The notes: generated by a model from the sequence alone, not told the origin. 64,000 nucleotides of DNA from Parvibaculaceae bacterium (GCA_050251035.1 JBFWNN010000030.1:1451-65450), one strand, 5' to 3'. Positions 38,646 to 48,389 are shown, counted from the stretch's first letter. Program-made: numbers and translations.

Positions 38646-39859
38646 CCAGGGGCGACACGCTTTCCAATCTGCAGGCGCGCCGTCTCGCCCTCGTCGCGCA
38701 AGGCTTTGCCGGGAACAGGCAGGACGGCACCGCCAACTGGACGCGCATCGAAGGCGCCATCGCCAAGATGAATCTCCTGCAGATCGACAGCGTCAATGTT
38801 CTGGTGCGCTCGCATTATCTCCCCGTCTTCGCGCGCGCCGGCCATTACAGTCACGACACGCTCGATCAGCGCACCTTCGGCCGGCGCAAGCGCCGCTTCT
38901 TCGAGTATTGGGCGCATGAGGCAAGCCTCCTGCCGCTCGAATTCTATCCGTTGCTGCGCTGGAAGATGGAGCGCGCGCTGAACGGCGCCGGCGAGCACAA
39001 ATATCTGGAGCAGTTCGGCCGCGAGCAGAAGGCCTATGTCGACGAGGTCCGTGCGCATGTGAAGGCCAACGGCCCGACCGCGGTCAGCGATCTTCCCGAC
39101 CCCGGCGGGCGCACCGGCAGCTGGTGGGGCTGGAACAAGGGCAAGATCGCCCTCGAATATCTCTTCCACACCGGCGAGGTGACGGCGGCGACGCGGCGCG
39201 TGTTCGAGCGTCTCTATGACCTGCCCGAGCGCGTGCTGCCGGCCGAGACGCTGAACGCGCCGGCGCCGCCCGAGGACGCGGCGGTGCGCCGCCTCATCGA
39301 CCTTTCGGCCCGCGCGATGGGCGTCGCGAGCGAGGCGGATCTGCGCGATTATTTCCGCCTGCCGGTCGATGCCTTCAAGAAGGCCCTGCCCCAGGTCATC
39401 GAGGACGGGACGATCGTGCCGGTGAAAATCGACGGCTGGACGATCAAAGCCTACCGTCATCGCGACACCGGCGCGCCGCGCAAGGCCGGTGGCCATGCCT
39501 TGCTGTCGCCCTTCGATCCTCTGGTGTGGGAGCGCTCGCGCGCCGAGCGCCTGTTCGATTTCCGCTACCGGATCGAGATCTACACGCCGCAGGAGAAGCG
39601 CATCTACGGCTACTATGTGCTGCCCTTCCTCGAAGGCGACCGGCTGACGGCGCGCTTCTGTCTCAAGGCCGACCGCCAGGACGGCGTCCTGCGCATCAAT
39701 GCCGCGCATGGCGAGGACGGCATCGATGCGGTTGCGACCGCGGAGGCCGCCGCTCCCGAGCTACGCCGCATGGCTCGTTGGCTGGGCCTGGACGACGTCG
39801 CGGCGGCGGCCAAGGGCTCGCTCGCCAAGCCCCTGCGCCAGGCGTTGAAGCGCGGATGA
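38642..39859 (+). CDS. YcaQ family interstrand-crosslink DNA glycosylase (HTH_42)
   Basis: LLQIDSVNVLVRSHY, EYWAHEA, LSPFDP, YRIEIY, RIYGYYVLP; start ATG 38642. Confidence 0.88.
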   Translation: MTRGDTLSNLQARRLALVAQGFAGNRQDGTANWTRIEGAIAKMNLLQIDSVNVLVRSHYLPVFARAGHYSHDTLDQRTFGRRKRRFFEYWAHEASLLPLEFYPLLRWKMERALNGAGEHKYLEQFGREQKAYVDEVRAHVKANGPTAVSDLPDPGGRTGSWWGWNKGKIALEYLFHTGEVTAATRRVFERLYDLPERVLPAETLNAPAPPEDAAVRRLIDLSARAMGVASEADLRDYFRLPVDAFKKALPQVIEDGTIVPVKIDGWTIKAYRHRDTGAPRKAGGHALLSPFDPLVWERSRAERLFDFRYRIEIYTPQEKRIYGYYVLPFLEGDRLTARFCLKADRQDGVLRINAAHGEDGIDAVATAEAAAPELRRMARWLGLDDVAAAAKGSLAKPLRQALKRG

Positions 39860-40389
39860 CCCGGGACGACATCCCGACCAGGCGGCTGGAGCTGCGGCTC
39901 CTGTCGCCCGAGGCCCTCGCCGCCACCGAAGCGGGCCGCGTCGTCGAGGCCGCCCGCCTGCTCGGTCTCGATTTGCCGGCCGACTGGGGCGAGGTCGCAT
40001 CCGTGGCGCGCCGGCGCCTCGAGCAGTTGCCCCATTGCCCGCATTATCTTCCGTGGTCCATCCGGGCGATCGTGTTGCGCCAAGCGAATGCGGTCGTGGG
40101 CTATGTCAATTTCCACGACCTGCCGCAATGGCATGAGCTGGCGCGGCGGCATGCCTGCGCCGAATTCGGTTATGAGATCTTCCCGCCGCATCGCCGGCAA
40201 GGCTATGCCGAGGAGACTGTGCGCGCTCTGATGGGCTGGGCGCGCAAGCGCGGCGCCCGCCACTTCATCTTCTCGATCGCGCCCGACAATGCGGCGTCGC
40301 AAGGCCTCGCCCGGAAGCTCGGCGCCCGCCGGATCGGCCTGCAGATCGACGAGGAGGACGGCCCCGAGGACGTGTTCTTGTTGAGCTGA
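39856..40389 (+). CDS. RimJ/RimL-type GNAT acetyltransferase
   Basis: TRRLELR, EFGYEIFPPHRRQGYA, DNAASQGL; start ATG 39856. Confidence 0.85.
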   Translation: MTRDDIPTRRLELRLLSPEALAATEAGRVVEAARLLGLDLPADWGEVASVARRRLEQLPHCPHYLPWSIRAIVLRQANAVVGYVNFHDLPQWHELARRHACAEFGYEIFPPHRRQGYAEETVRALMGWARKRGARHFIFSIAPDNAASQGLARKLGARRIGLQIDEEDGPEDVFLLS

Positions 40390-40437
40390 ATGAGACCAAT
40401 CTACCCTCGCGATCTGTCATTCCCAGCAACGCCGCTC

Positions 40438-40857
40438 CTACTCGCCCCAGGGATTTATCACTTTGAAGCCGCACGCGTCGAAGTCACGGACGTTACGGGT
40501 AGCGAGCTGGGCTCCGCGAGAACGCGTAATGCCCGCGATTTGCGCATCGAATTGCAAGAACGGCCGACCGCCTGCCCGCCTCGTTGCGCCGATCTCGGCA
40601 AATTCATCAGCGGCGAGACTGTCGAAGGTGAGGACCTGTCCCGCCATGTCAATATCGAAGATCTTCATCGCCGCATCCCAAAGCCCGGCGCGGCGCTTGC
40701 CGTCCGGCAACACTCGGATGCCATAAAGAACCTCTCCTCGCGTGATGGTCGTCGTGAATACCGAGGCGCGCGGTTGATCGCTCAGCCACTCCACCACACG
40801 CGGCTCTGGATTGGGGCGCAGCATCTCTGACAGAACGTCCGTGTCGAGGACGATCAT
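40438..40857 (-). CDS. vapC: VapC/FitB PIN-domain toxin
   Basis: MIVLDTDVLSE, FDAQIA, LATRNVRDF. Confidence 0.93.
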   Translation of the reverse strand: MIVLDTDVLSEMLRPNPEPRVVEWLSDQPRASVFTTTITRGEVLYGIRVLPDGKRRAGLWDAAMKIFDIDMAGQVLTFDSLAADEFAEIGATRRAGGRPFLQFDAQIAGITRSRGAQLATRNVRDFDACGFKVINPWGE

Positions 40858-41101
40858 CTGTCGAGGTCCATTGGTCCACGCATGGCCTGACGGGGCGCGA
40901 TTTCCAGTTCCACACCGCCGAAGGGTTCAACGCGCGCCCGGATTGCTTCGACGAGTCCCCCGTACGGGCCGGCTCGAGCGACAGCGCCGTGCGCAAGATA
41001 TCGCGCGCCTCATCCTCCATCGAGCGACCATTTCGTGCGGCTTGGAGACGGAGCTTTGCTTTGAGTTTGTCGTCGATGTCACGAATTGTCATGCTTGCCA
41101 T
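40854..41101 (-). pseudogene. FitA-like ribbon-helix-helix antitoxin with 1-nt frameshift
   Basis: MASMTIRDIDD...NGRSMEDEARDIL; typical C-terminus LVEAIRARVEPFGGVELE continues in another frame after a G5 run (C5 at 40957-40961); span is 248 nt. Confidence 0.8.
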
Positions 41102-41108
41102 ATTCACT

Positions 41109-41147
41109 CCGTACATCATTGATTGCATATTAATCAATGATGTACGG
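41109..41147. promoter_or_regulatory. Perfect 16-bp inverted repeat (probable TA operator)
   Basis: ccgtacatcattgatt gcatatt aatcaatgatgtacgg just upstream of the antitoxin start. Confidence 0.65.
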
Positions 41148-41206
41148 CTGCGTAAGGCCGCTCGACAACCGCCAATACTGGGACCCTCAGAACCCTTCGT
41201 CTGTCG

Positions 41207-42607
41207 TCAGATCACCCTGTCGCGCGCGAGTTCGTCCGTCACCTTGCGGATGGCGCCGGAGAGCGTGTCGACGATGAAATCGACCTCGTTCCTCGTGATG
41301 ATCAGAGGCGGCGAGAGAACGTCGAGATGGCCGATCGGCCGCACCAGCAGCCCATGCGCCTCGCATTCGTTGGAAATGCGCTTGGAGATGTTGACGTCGT
41401 CGGGAAGCTTCTGCTTCGTTTCTTTGTCGGCGACATATTCGAGACACATCATCAAGCGGCGTCCGCGCACGTCACCGACGATCGGCAGAGGCGCCAGCTC
41501 CGCCAGCCGCTGCTCGAGATAATCGCCGACGCGCGCGGCGTTGCCCAGCAGGTCCTCGCGCTCGATGATCTCGATGTTCTTGAGCGCCACCGCGCAGGCG
41601 ACCGGGTGTCCGGAATAGGTGTAGCCATGGGTGAACCAGGCATCCGCGTCGGGCGCGCTGATCACCTCATGGATCTGATCCGAATAGATCACCGCCGAGA
41701 GCGGGATATAGCCCGAGGTGAGGCCCTTCGCGGTCACGATGATGTCGGGCACGATCCCGAATTCGGCTTCTGATGCGAACATGTGGCCGAGCCTGCCGAA
41801 GGCCGTCACCACCTCGTCGGCGATGAACAATATGCCGTTGTCGCTGCACAGCCGGCGCATGCGCGGCAAATAGTTCGGCGGCGGCAAGGTGACCCCGCCC
41901 GACGCCTGCGCCGGCTCGGCGATGAAGGCGGCGATGTTGCGGGCGCCCAGCGTCTCGATCTTGCGGCGGAACTCGTCGACCAGGAAATCGCTGAACTCCG
42001 AAAGGCTCATGCCGTCCGGCCGGCGATAGGGATAAGGCGCCGAGAGGTGATGCACGAGATCGTTCACATAGCGGAAATGCGGCGACTGGTCGCCATCGCG
42101 CAGGCCGACCGTCATGCCGAGATAGGTCGAGCCGTGATAGGAGTTCTTGCGCGAGATGATGTATTTGCGCTCCGTCTCGCCGCGCCGCGACTGGTAATAA
42201 TGAGCAAGCCTGACGGCGGTATCGATGCCGCAGGAGCCCGACGTGGCGAAGGCCACGTGATTGAGGCCCTTGGGCGCGAGTGACGCGAGCTTGGCGGCAA
42301 GCTCGGCCGCCGGGGCATTGGTGACATCGACGAAGGTCGTCGTGTAGCAGAGCTGGAGCGCCTGCTCGGCCATGGCTTGGGCGATTTCCTTGCGGCCATA
42401 ACCGGCATTGACGCACCACATACCGCCGATGCCGTCGAAATAGCGCCGGCCTTCGGCATCCTTGACATAGCAGCCCTCGCCCTCAACCAGAACGAGCGAT
42501 CCTTCCTCCTTGAAGCTGTCGAAATGGGTATAGGGGTGGAGGAAGTGATCGTGGTCCTTCTGCCAGAGATCGTCCGGATTGAAGCGGTTGCTAGCCTGGT
42601 GAAGCAT
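41207..42607 (-). CDS. Class III aminotransferase (omega-amine/polyamine type)
   Basis: DGIGGMWCVNAGYG, SYHGST, FIADEVVTAFGRLG, TAKGLTSGY. Confidence 0.92.
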   Translation of the reverse strand: MLHQASNRFNPDDLWQKDHDHFLHPYTHFDSFKEEGSLVLVEGEGCYVKDAEGRRYFDGIGGMWCVNAGYGRKEIAQAMAEQALQLCYTTTFVDVTNAPAAELAAKLASLAPKGLNHVAFATSGSCGIDTAVRLAHYYQSRRGETERKYIISRKNSYHGSTYLGMTVGLRDGDQSPHFRYVNDLVHHLSAPYPYRRPDGMSLSEFSDFLVDEFRRKIETLGARNIAAFIAEPAQASGGVTLPPPNYLPRMRRLCSDNGILFIADEVVTAFGRLGHMFASEAEFGIVPDIIVTAKGLTSGYIPLSAVIYSDQIHEVISAPDADAWFTHGYTYSGHPVACAVALKNIEIIEREDLLGNAARVGDYLEQRLAELAPLPIVGDVRGRRLMMCLEYVADKETKQKLPDDVNISKRISNECEAHGLLVRPIGHLDVLSPPLIITRNEVDFIVDTLSGAIRKVTDELARDRVI

Positions 42608-42621
42608 GATTTCCCCTCATT

Positions 42622-42641
42622 TTGACTGAACGTTCATTCAA
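42622..42641. promoter_or_regulatory. TetR/BetI-like palindromic operator
   Basis: ttgactgaac gttcattcaa (one mismatch), 14 bp upstream of the aminotransferase start. Confidence 0.55.
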
Positions 42642-42873
42642 TATAAGAACGCGACAAAGGGCGCATCCCTATGTCGGCGGACAGAGTAGCCCAAGGCCCG
42701 ACGGGTCAACAAGCGGGTTCCTGTGCGACTGCGAGACCTTGGTTTTGACCTAACGGCACACTCCACCCTACCTTACATAATCCGTATACAAACAAATTTT
42801 CGAATGTCCGTTTTCGGGTGGATATCAAGACCGCCCACGACCAGATTGAGCGCAACATCGAGGAGCATTCGCC

Positions 42874-43440
42874 ATGACGTTGAACATTGATCCTGTGAAC
42901 ACTCATATCCCCTCCTCCCGGCCTGAGGACATCGCCGCCGTCACCTTCGCTTTCGGCACGACATCGCTGGGCCAGGTGCTGGTCGCCGCCACCGCCAGGG
43001 GCGTGTGCGCCATCCTCATGGGCAGCAGCCGCGACAGGCTCGTTGCCGACCTCTGCCGACACTTCGCCGAAGCGCAGCCCGCGCCGGACGGCCAGCTCGC
43101 CGATACGGTGGGCAAGGTCACGGCGCTCATCGAGGATCCGGCAAGACCCGCCGATCTGACGCTCGACCTCCAGGGCTCCGATTTCGAGATCAGGGTCTGG
43201 CAGGGCCTGCGCACGATCCCGCCGGGCAGAACGCTGAGCTATTCCGAGCTCGCCCGGCATCTGGGTGTGACGGGCGGCGAGAAAGGCCCCGCCAAGGATG
43301 TCGCCGACGCCTGCGCCGCAAACAAGATCGCCGTTGCCGTGCCGTGCCACCGCATCCTGCGCAAGGACGGCACTATTTCCGGCTATCGCTGGGGCGTGCA
43401 CCGCAAGCGCGCTTTGCTCGAGCGGGAGAGCGCGCAATGA
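42874..43440 (+). CDS. Methylated-DNA--protein-cysteine methyltransferase (Ada C-terminal-like)
   Basis: VPCHR active site, GYRWG, IPPGRTLSY. Confidence 0.92.
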   Translation: MTLNIDPVNTHIPSSRPEDIAAVTFAFGTTSLGQVLVAATARGVCAILMGSSRDRLVADLCRHFAEAQPAPDGQLADTVGKVTALIEDPARPADLTLDLQGSDFEIRVWQGLRTIPPGRTLSYSELARHLGVTGGEKGPAKDVADACAANKIAVAVPCHRILRKDGTISGYRWGVHRKRALLERESAQ

Positions 43441-44162
43441 CCGACGCCCTCCCCGCCTCCATGGCGAAGCGCGTCGCGGCGCGCGACTGGTCGGCACTCG
43501 GCGAAGAGCTCGACAAGCACGGCTGCGCCATCATCGACAGCCTGCTCACCGCCGATGAATGCCACAGGCTCGCGGCGTCCTATCCCGAAGACGGGCTGTT
43601 CCGCAGCCGCGTCGTCATGAGCCGGCACGGCTTCGGTCGCGGCGAATACAAATATTTCGCCTATCCCTTGCCGACGCTGATCGTGGGCCTGCGCGAGGCG
43701 CTCTATGCGCCATTGGCCGGGATCGCCAATCGCTGGAACGAAGCGCTGGGCGAGGCGCCGCGCTATCCGCAAGAGCATGCGGCCTTCATCGCCCGCTGCC
43801 ACGAGGCCGGCCAGCGCCGTCCCACGCCTCTGCTGCTGCAATATGGCGAGGGCGACTACAACTGCCTGCATCAGGACATCTATGGCGCGCTGGTCTTCCC
43901 GCTCCAGGTCGCCATCCTCCTGTCGGAGCCGGGCAAGGATTTTTCCGGCGGCGAGTTCGTCCTGACCGAGCAGCGGCCGCGGATGCAGTCGCGCGCCGAG
44001 GTGCCGCCATTGCGCCAGGGCGACGGCGTGGTCTTCCCGGTGCATCACCGTCCGGTCCAGGGCACGCGCGGCGTCTACCGGGTCAATCTGCGCCACGGCG
44101 TGAGCCGCCTGCGCTCCGGCCGGCGCCATACGCTCGGCATCATCTTCCACGATGCGGAATGA
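43437..44162 (+). CDS. 2OG-Fe(II) oxygenase (DUF2086/Oxygenase-NA family)
   Basis: GRGEYKYF, NCLHQD, EQRPRMQSR, RHGVS, RHTLGIIFHDA; ATGA coupling. Confidence 0.88.
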   Translation: MTDALPASMAKRVAARDWSALGEELDKHGCAIIDSLLTADECHRLAASYPEDGLFRSRVVMSRHGFGRGEYKYFAYPLPTLIVGLREALYAPLAGIANRWNEALGEAPRYPQEHAAFIARCHEAGQRRPTPLLLQYGEGDYNCLHQDIYGALVFPLQVAILLSEPGKDFSGGEFVLTEQRPRMQSRAEVPPLRQGDGVVFPVHHRPVQGTRGVYRVNLRHGVSRLRSGRRHTLGIIFHDAE

Positions 44163-44633
44163 TCACGCGGTAAGCTGGCGTCGCACGATATCCGCGACCC
44201 GGTGCTGCTCGGCCTCGGGCAGCGCCGGAAAGTCGCGGCTGAAGAAGCGCTCGAACCCGTTGGGCAGCTTTTCCGAGACGATCTCGCCTCTGATCATCTG
44301 GCTGTTGAGCGCATCGCCCGCCCGATGCGGGGCGAGATGCACATGCAGATGCGCCACACCGTCGCCGAAAATATAGACATAGACGATCTTGGCGCTGGTC
44401 GCAGCCTTGAGCGCCCGGCTCATTCTGGCGATCGTTGCGCCGAAGCTCTGCGCTTCCGGCCCATCGAGGTCGGCGATGGTGGCGATATGGCGAATGGGCT
44501 CGAGATAGGCGAAGCCTGGGACTTCCGCATCGAGCGACAGGGTCAGGCGCCACAGATCGTCGCGCCACACTTCGATGCGACCGAGCGCGGCATCGCCCTC
44601 TGCCCCGGCGCAGATGACGCAGCCTTGCGTCAT
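44163..44633 (-). CDS. HIT family protein
   Basis: N-terminal CxxC, HLHVH triad. Confidence 0.8.
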   Translation of the reverse strand: MTQGCVICAGAEGDAALGRIEVWRDDLWRLTLSLDAEVPGFAYLEPIRHIATIADLDGPEAQSFGATIARMSRALKAATSAKIVYVYIFGDGVAHLHVHLAPHRAGDALNSQMIRGEIVSEKLPNGFERFFSRDFPALPEAEQHRVADIVRRQLTA

Positions 44634-45940
44634 CAGGGCTTGAGAAGATGTCGGCGCGCCGTGACGATGCGCTCGACCGCCGCGCAGAAGCCGTCACAGT
44701 GCTCATCGTTCACCACCAGCGACAGCGCCATGTAGCCGCGGCCGGCGACGTAGAAGCCCTCCTCCAGGAGATCGAGATAGATGAGCTGACGCAACCGCGG
44801 ATCGGCATTGGCGGTCTCCTCGGGCGTGCGGATGTCGCCGGCCAGCGGATGGAGGTTGATGAGCGACCCGATGCCGGTCGCCTTGAGCTTCACCTGATAG
44901 CGCATGAAGAGATCGTTGAGCCGCGAGCGCAAGTCCTCGCCGCGGCGGTTGAGGTCGCGGCAGGCTTCCGCCGTGAAGATCTCGCTCATCGCCGCGAAGC
45001 CCGCCGACATGGTCAGCATGTTGTTGTTGAAGGTGCCGGCATGCGGCAGGAATTGCGGCCGCGTCGGGTCGAACTGCTCCATGATGTCGCGGCGCCCGCC
45101 GAAGGCGCCGAAGGACATGCCGCCGCCGATATATTTGCCGAGCGTCGTGAGGTCGGGCGTGATGCCCAGTTCCGCCGCGAGGCCATGGGGGCCGAGCCGC
45201 GAGGTCATCACCTCGTCGAAGACGAGGAGGATGCCATGGCGCCGGGTCTCCTCGCGCAGCATCGCGAGATAGTCGGGGTCGGCCGGAAGGCAGCCGCCGC
45301 CGCCCAGCATCGGCTCGATCAGGAGTGCGGCAAGATTGGGGGCGTGCTCGGCAATGAGCCGGCGCGTGCCGGCGCTGTCGTTGAAGGGCGCCAGCACAAC
45401 GTCGAAGGGCGCGTTCACCGGCATGCCGCTGGGCGCGAAATAGAGCGTGCCGCCGTGATAGCCGCCTTTGATGCCCATGATCTTCGATCGCTTGGTGAAG
45501 GCGCGCGCCGCGCCGAGCGCCATCATGTTGGCCTCGGTGCCGGAATTGGTGAAGCGCACCAGGTCGAGGCCGAAGCGCCTGGTTACCGTTTCGGCGAACT
45601 TCACCTCCAGCGGGTGATGGGCGCCGAGATTGATGCCCGCCGCCAGCGCGTCGGTCACGGCCCTGGTGATGCGCGGATGCGAATGGCCATAGAGGCCGGC
45701 CGAATATTCGCCGAGAAGATCGACATAGGAATGCCCGTCGACATCGGTGATGACGGCCCCTTCCGCCTTGGCGATGCGGATCGGCATCGGCGCGGTGAAC
45801 AGCACAGTGCGGGTGTTGCCGCCCGGCATGACGGCCTTCGCCTGCTCATGCAGCGCGAGCGTCTTCGGCCGCGCCGCCAGGAAGCGGTCGGACGCTCCGG
45901 CAAGAGCCGCATCGACATCGTCGGTCAAAGGCGCGTTCAT
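44633..45940 (-). CDS. Class III aminotransferase, GSA-like / beta-amino acid transaminase type
   Basis: MPGGNTR, GEYSAGLYGHSHP, RFTNSGTEAN, FDEVMTSRL, TLGKYIGGG, HAGTFNNN. Confidence 0.9.
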   Translation of the reverse strand: MNAPLTDDVDAALAGASDRFLAARPKTLALHEQAKAVMPGGNTRTVLFTAPMPIRIAKAEGAVITDVDGHSYVDLLGEYSAGLYGHSHPRITRAVTDALAAGINLGAHHPLEVKFAETVTRRFGLDLVRFTNSGTEANMMALGAARAFTKRSKIMGIKGGYHGGTLYFAPSGMPVNAPFDVVLAPFNDSAGTRRLIAEHAPNLAALLIEPMLGGGGCLPADPDYLAMLREETRRHGILLVFDEVMTSRLGPHGLAAELGITPDLTTLGKYIGGGMSFGAFGGRRDIMEQFDPTRPQFLPHAGTFNNNMLTMSAGFAAMSEIFTAEACRDLNRRGEDLRSRLNDLFMRYQVKLKATGIGSLINLHPLAGDIRTPEETANADPRLRQLIYLDLLEEGFYVAGRGYMALSLVVNDEHCDGFCAAVERIVTARRHLLKP

Positions 45941-46096
45941 TTCCCGTCTCCATCGGATCATGCGCGACGAATCATGCCCCAGCCGGAATTGTTACGCAAT
46001 GTTTCAGCCATGCGCCGGATACAACCAAGCCACGGCGTCGCTTCTGTCAAAGCAGAGATGGCGGCGGCGACCGGAAACCGCTAGTTTGGTCGCGCT

Positions 46097-47533
46097 ATGC
46101 ACGGGGGCGAGGAGAGGATCACGACAATCGAAACGCTTCCGGATCGCGGCCCGGAGCGCGCGGCGCATGGCTGGGGGGCGAATCTCGTCGCGACACTGCA
46201 ACTGGCCTGGCCCATGGTCCTGACCAACATGGCTCAGACGGCCATGATCGTCACCGACGTGCTGTTCATCGGCCGGCTCGGGCCGCAGTCGCTGGCGGCG
46301 AGCTCGCTCGCCGTGAACCTCTATCACACCTTGACCTTCTTCGCCTTCGGGCTGGTGAGCGCCGTGGCCCCCATGGTGGCGCGGGAAAAGGGTGCCCGCC
46401 GGCACGAGGTGCGCGAGATCAGGCGCATCGTGCGGCAGGGCCTGTGGAGCGTGGCCGCGGTCTCGGTCCCGGCGATCCTCCTGCTCTGGCATGGCGATGT
46501 GTTCCTGATCGCCATCGGCCAGGATCCGGCGCTGGCGCAGGAGGCCATCCGCTATCTGCGGGCCCTCGCCTGGGCGATGCCGTTCTTTCTCGGCTATGTG
46601 GTGCTGCGCTTCTTCATCTCGGCGCTCGAGCGCCCGCAATGGGCCTTCGTCGTCGCCATTGCCGGCATTCTGTTCAATGCGCTCGGCAACTGGCTGCTCA
46701 TCTTCGGCAATTGGGGATTTCCCGCCCTGGGCATCGTCGGGTCGGGCCTTGCCAGCGCCGTCACCACTTTCCTGATGTTCGTCGGTCTCGGCGCCGTCGT
46801 CATGCTCGACCGGCAATTCCGCCGCTATCACGTTCTGGGGCGGTTCTGGCGGGCCGACTGGTCGCGTTTCAAGGCGATCTGGGTGCTGGGCCTGCCCATC
46901 GGCCTGATCATCGCCTTCGAGACCACCGCCTTCAACGCCGCCGCCTTCCTCATGGGCTGGCTCGGCGCGGCCGAGCTCGCCGCCCATGCGATCGCCATCC
47001 AGGTCGTGGCCATCGCCTTCATGACGCCGCTCGGCATCGCCCAGGCGGCGACGGTGCGCGTCGGCCTCGCTTTCGGCGCCGGCGACCGGCTGGGCGTGGC
47101 CCGGGCCGGATGGAGCGCCTTCATCCTCGGCACCGGCTTCATGATCGTCACCGCCGCGCTGATGCTCCTCATCCCCCGTGTCCTCATCGGCCTTTTCATC
47201 GACATCGGCCAGGAGAGCAACCAGGCGGTGCTGACGCTCGCCACCTCCTTCCTCGTCGTCGCCGCGATCTTCCAGCTCGTCGATGCCGCCCAGGTTCTGG
47301 CCGCCGGCATGCTGCGCGGGCTGCATGACACGCGCATCCCGATGCTCTATGCCGCCTTGGGCTATTGGGGCTTCGGCCTGCCGCTGAGCTATTATCTGTC
47401 GCAATTCACGGGCCTGGGCGGCGAAGGCGTGTGGATCGGCCTCGCCGCCGGTCTCGCCGCGGTCAGCGCCCTGATGGTGCCGCGCTGGCTCAGGCGCGAG
47501 ACGTTGGGCCTCGTTCCCCGTGGCGCCCCATGA
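46097..47533 (+). CDS. MATE efflux transporter (NorM-like)
   Basis: [40 protein letters not shown]. Confidence 0.93.
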   Translation: MHGGEERITTIETLPDRGPERAAHGWGANLVATLQLAWPMVLTNMAQTAMIVTDVLFIGRLGPQSLAASSLAVNLYHTLTFFAFGLVSAVAPMVAREKGARRHEVREIRRIVRQGLWSVAAVSVPAILLLWHGDVFLIAIGQDPALAQEAIRYLRALAWAMPFFLGYVVLRFFISALERPQWAFVVAIAGILFNALGNWLLIFGNWGFPALGIVGSGLASAVTTFLMFVGLGAVVMLDRQFRRYHVLGRFWRADWSRFKAIWVLGLPIGLIIAFETTAFNAAAFLMGWLGAAELAAHAIAIQVVAIAFMTPLGIAQAATVRVGLAFGAGDRLGVARAGWSAFILGTGFMIVTAALMLLIPRVLIGLFIDIGQESNQAVLTLATSFLVVAAIFQLVDAAQVLAAGMLRGLHDTRIPMLYAALGYWGFGLPLSYYLSQFTGLGGEGVWIGLAAGLAAVSALMVPRWLRRETLGLVPRGAP

Positions 47534-47584
47534 GATAAAGCGGTTTGCCCTTTCGAGAGGGCGCGCTAGAAGGACCCTTTCAGG

Positions 47585-47670
47585 GCCCCCTTGGCGGAAT
47601 TGGTAGACGCACAGGACTTAAAATCCTGAGCCCACAAGGCGTCCCGGTTCGATCCCGGGAGGGGGCACCA
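47585..47670 (+). tRNA. tRNA-Leu(UAA)
   Basis: Acceptor GCCCCCT/AGGGGGC-A-CCA; anticodon arm CAGGA-CTTAAAA-TCCTG; long variable arm; GTTCGAT T-loop. Confidence 0.96.
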
Positions 47671-47753
47671 CCGGATCCGATGATGGGATACCGACCTTCG
47701 TAAACAGGAAGGATCTCCCTCGCGAGCGAGTCGGATCATTCAGGGAGCCAAGG

Positions 47754-48389
47754 ATGACGGACGCGGCACGACTGCGACACCTCCGCTTTGAAAGTTATGT
47801 GGCGAAGCCTTGGAAGAATGGCCAAGGCATCACACGCGATCTGTTGCTCTGGCCCGCATCGGAGCATTTCGACATCCGCATCAGCCTTGCGGACATTCCG
47901 CCGACGAGTACCTTTTCGGCCTTCCCCGGGATCACACGTCACATCACGCGTCTTTCCGGCGACTCGGTCTCGCTTCGTTTCGCCGACGGCACGACGCAGC
48001 TGCTCGAGCTCTTGGTGCCCCTCACCTTCGACAGCGGCAAAGCTCCATATTGTGAGGCCCGGGGAAGCGCGGTTCGTGTCCTCAATGTCATGACGCGTGA
48101 AACATCATGGACCGCATCGGTAAAACCGATCATGGACGGCGCCCACCGGATCGAGCAGGCGCAGGGTCTGATCCTGATCTTCGCCGCCGGCGGCGCATGG
48201 ACCGCAGTCTCGGGCGCATCAACCATCCATCTCAAGTCGAGCGAGTCGCTCCTGGCGGCCGCGCCGGTTGCCTTGAATCTGAGGGGGGCCCCCGGCGCCA
48301 AAGCGCTTTTCGCTACGCTCGAACCGATTGACGGATGCGATGGGCGCGCGGCGACCGCAGCTCTTGCGTCGGCAAGTTCACACAACTGA
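47754..48389 (+). CDS. HutD family protein
   Basis: PWKNGQGITR, FDIRISLADI, FSAFPGITR, LNVM. Confidence 0.85.
   Translation: MTDAARLRHLRFESYVAKPWKNGQGITRDLLLWPASEHFDIRISLADIPPTSTFSAFPGITRHITRLSGDSVSLRFADGTTQLLELLVPLTFDSGKAPYCEARGSAVRVLNVMTRETSWTASVKPIMDGAHRIEQAQGLILIFAAGGAWTAVSGASTIHLKSSESLLAAAPVALNLRGAPGAKALFATLEPIDGCDGRAATAALASASSHN

Noticed and set aside
40649-41137. 162-aa antitoxin ORF as given in the track
   Set aside because: The C-terminal part is out-of-frame read-through caused by the 1-nt frameshift.
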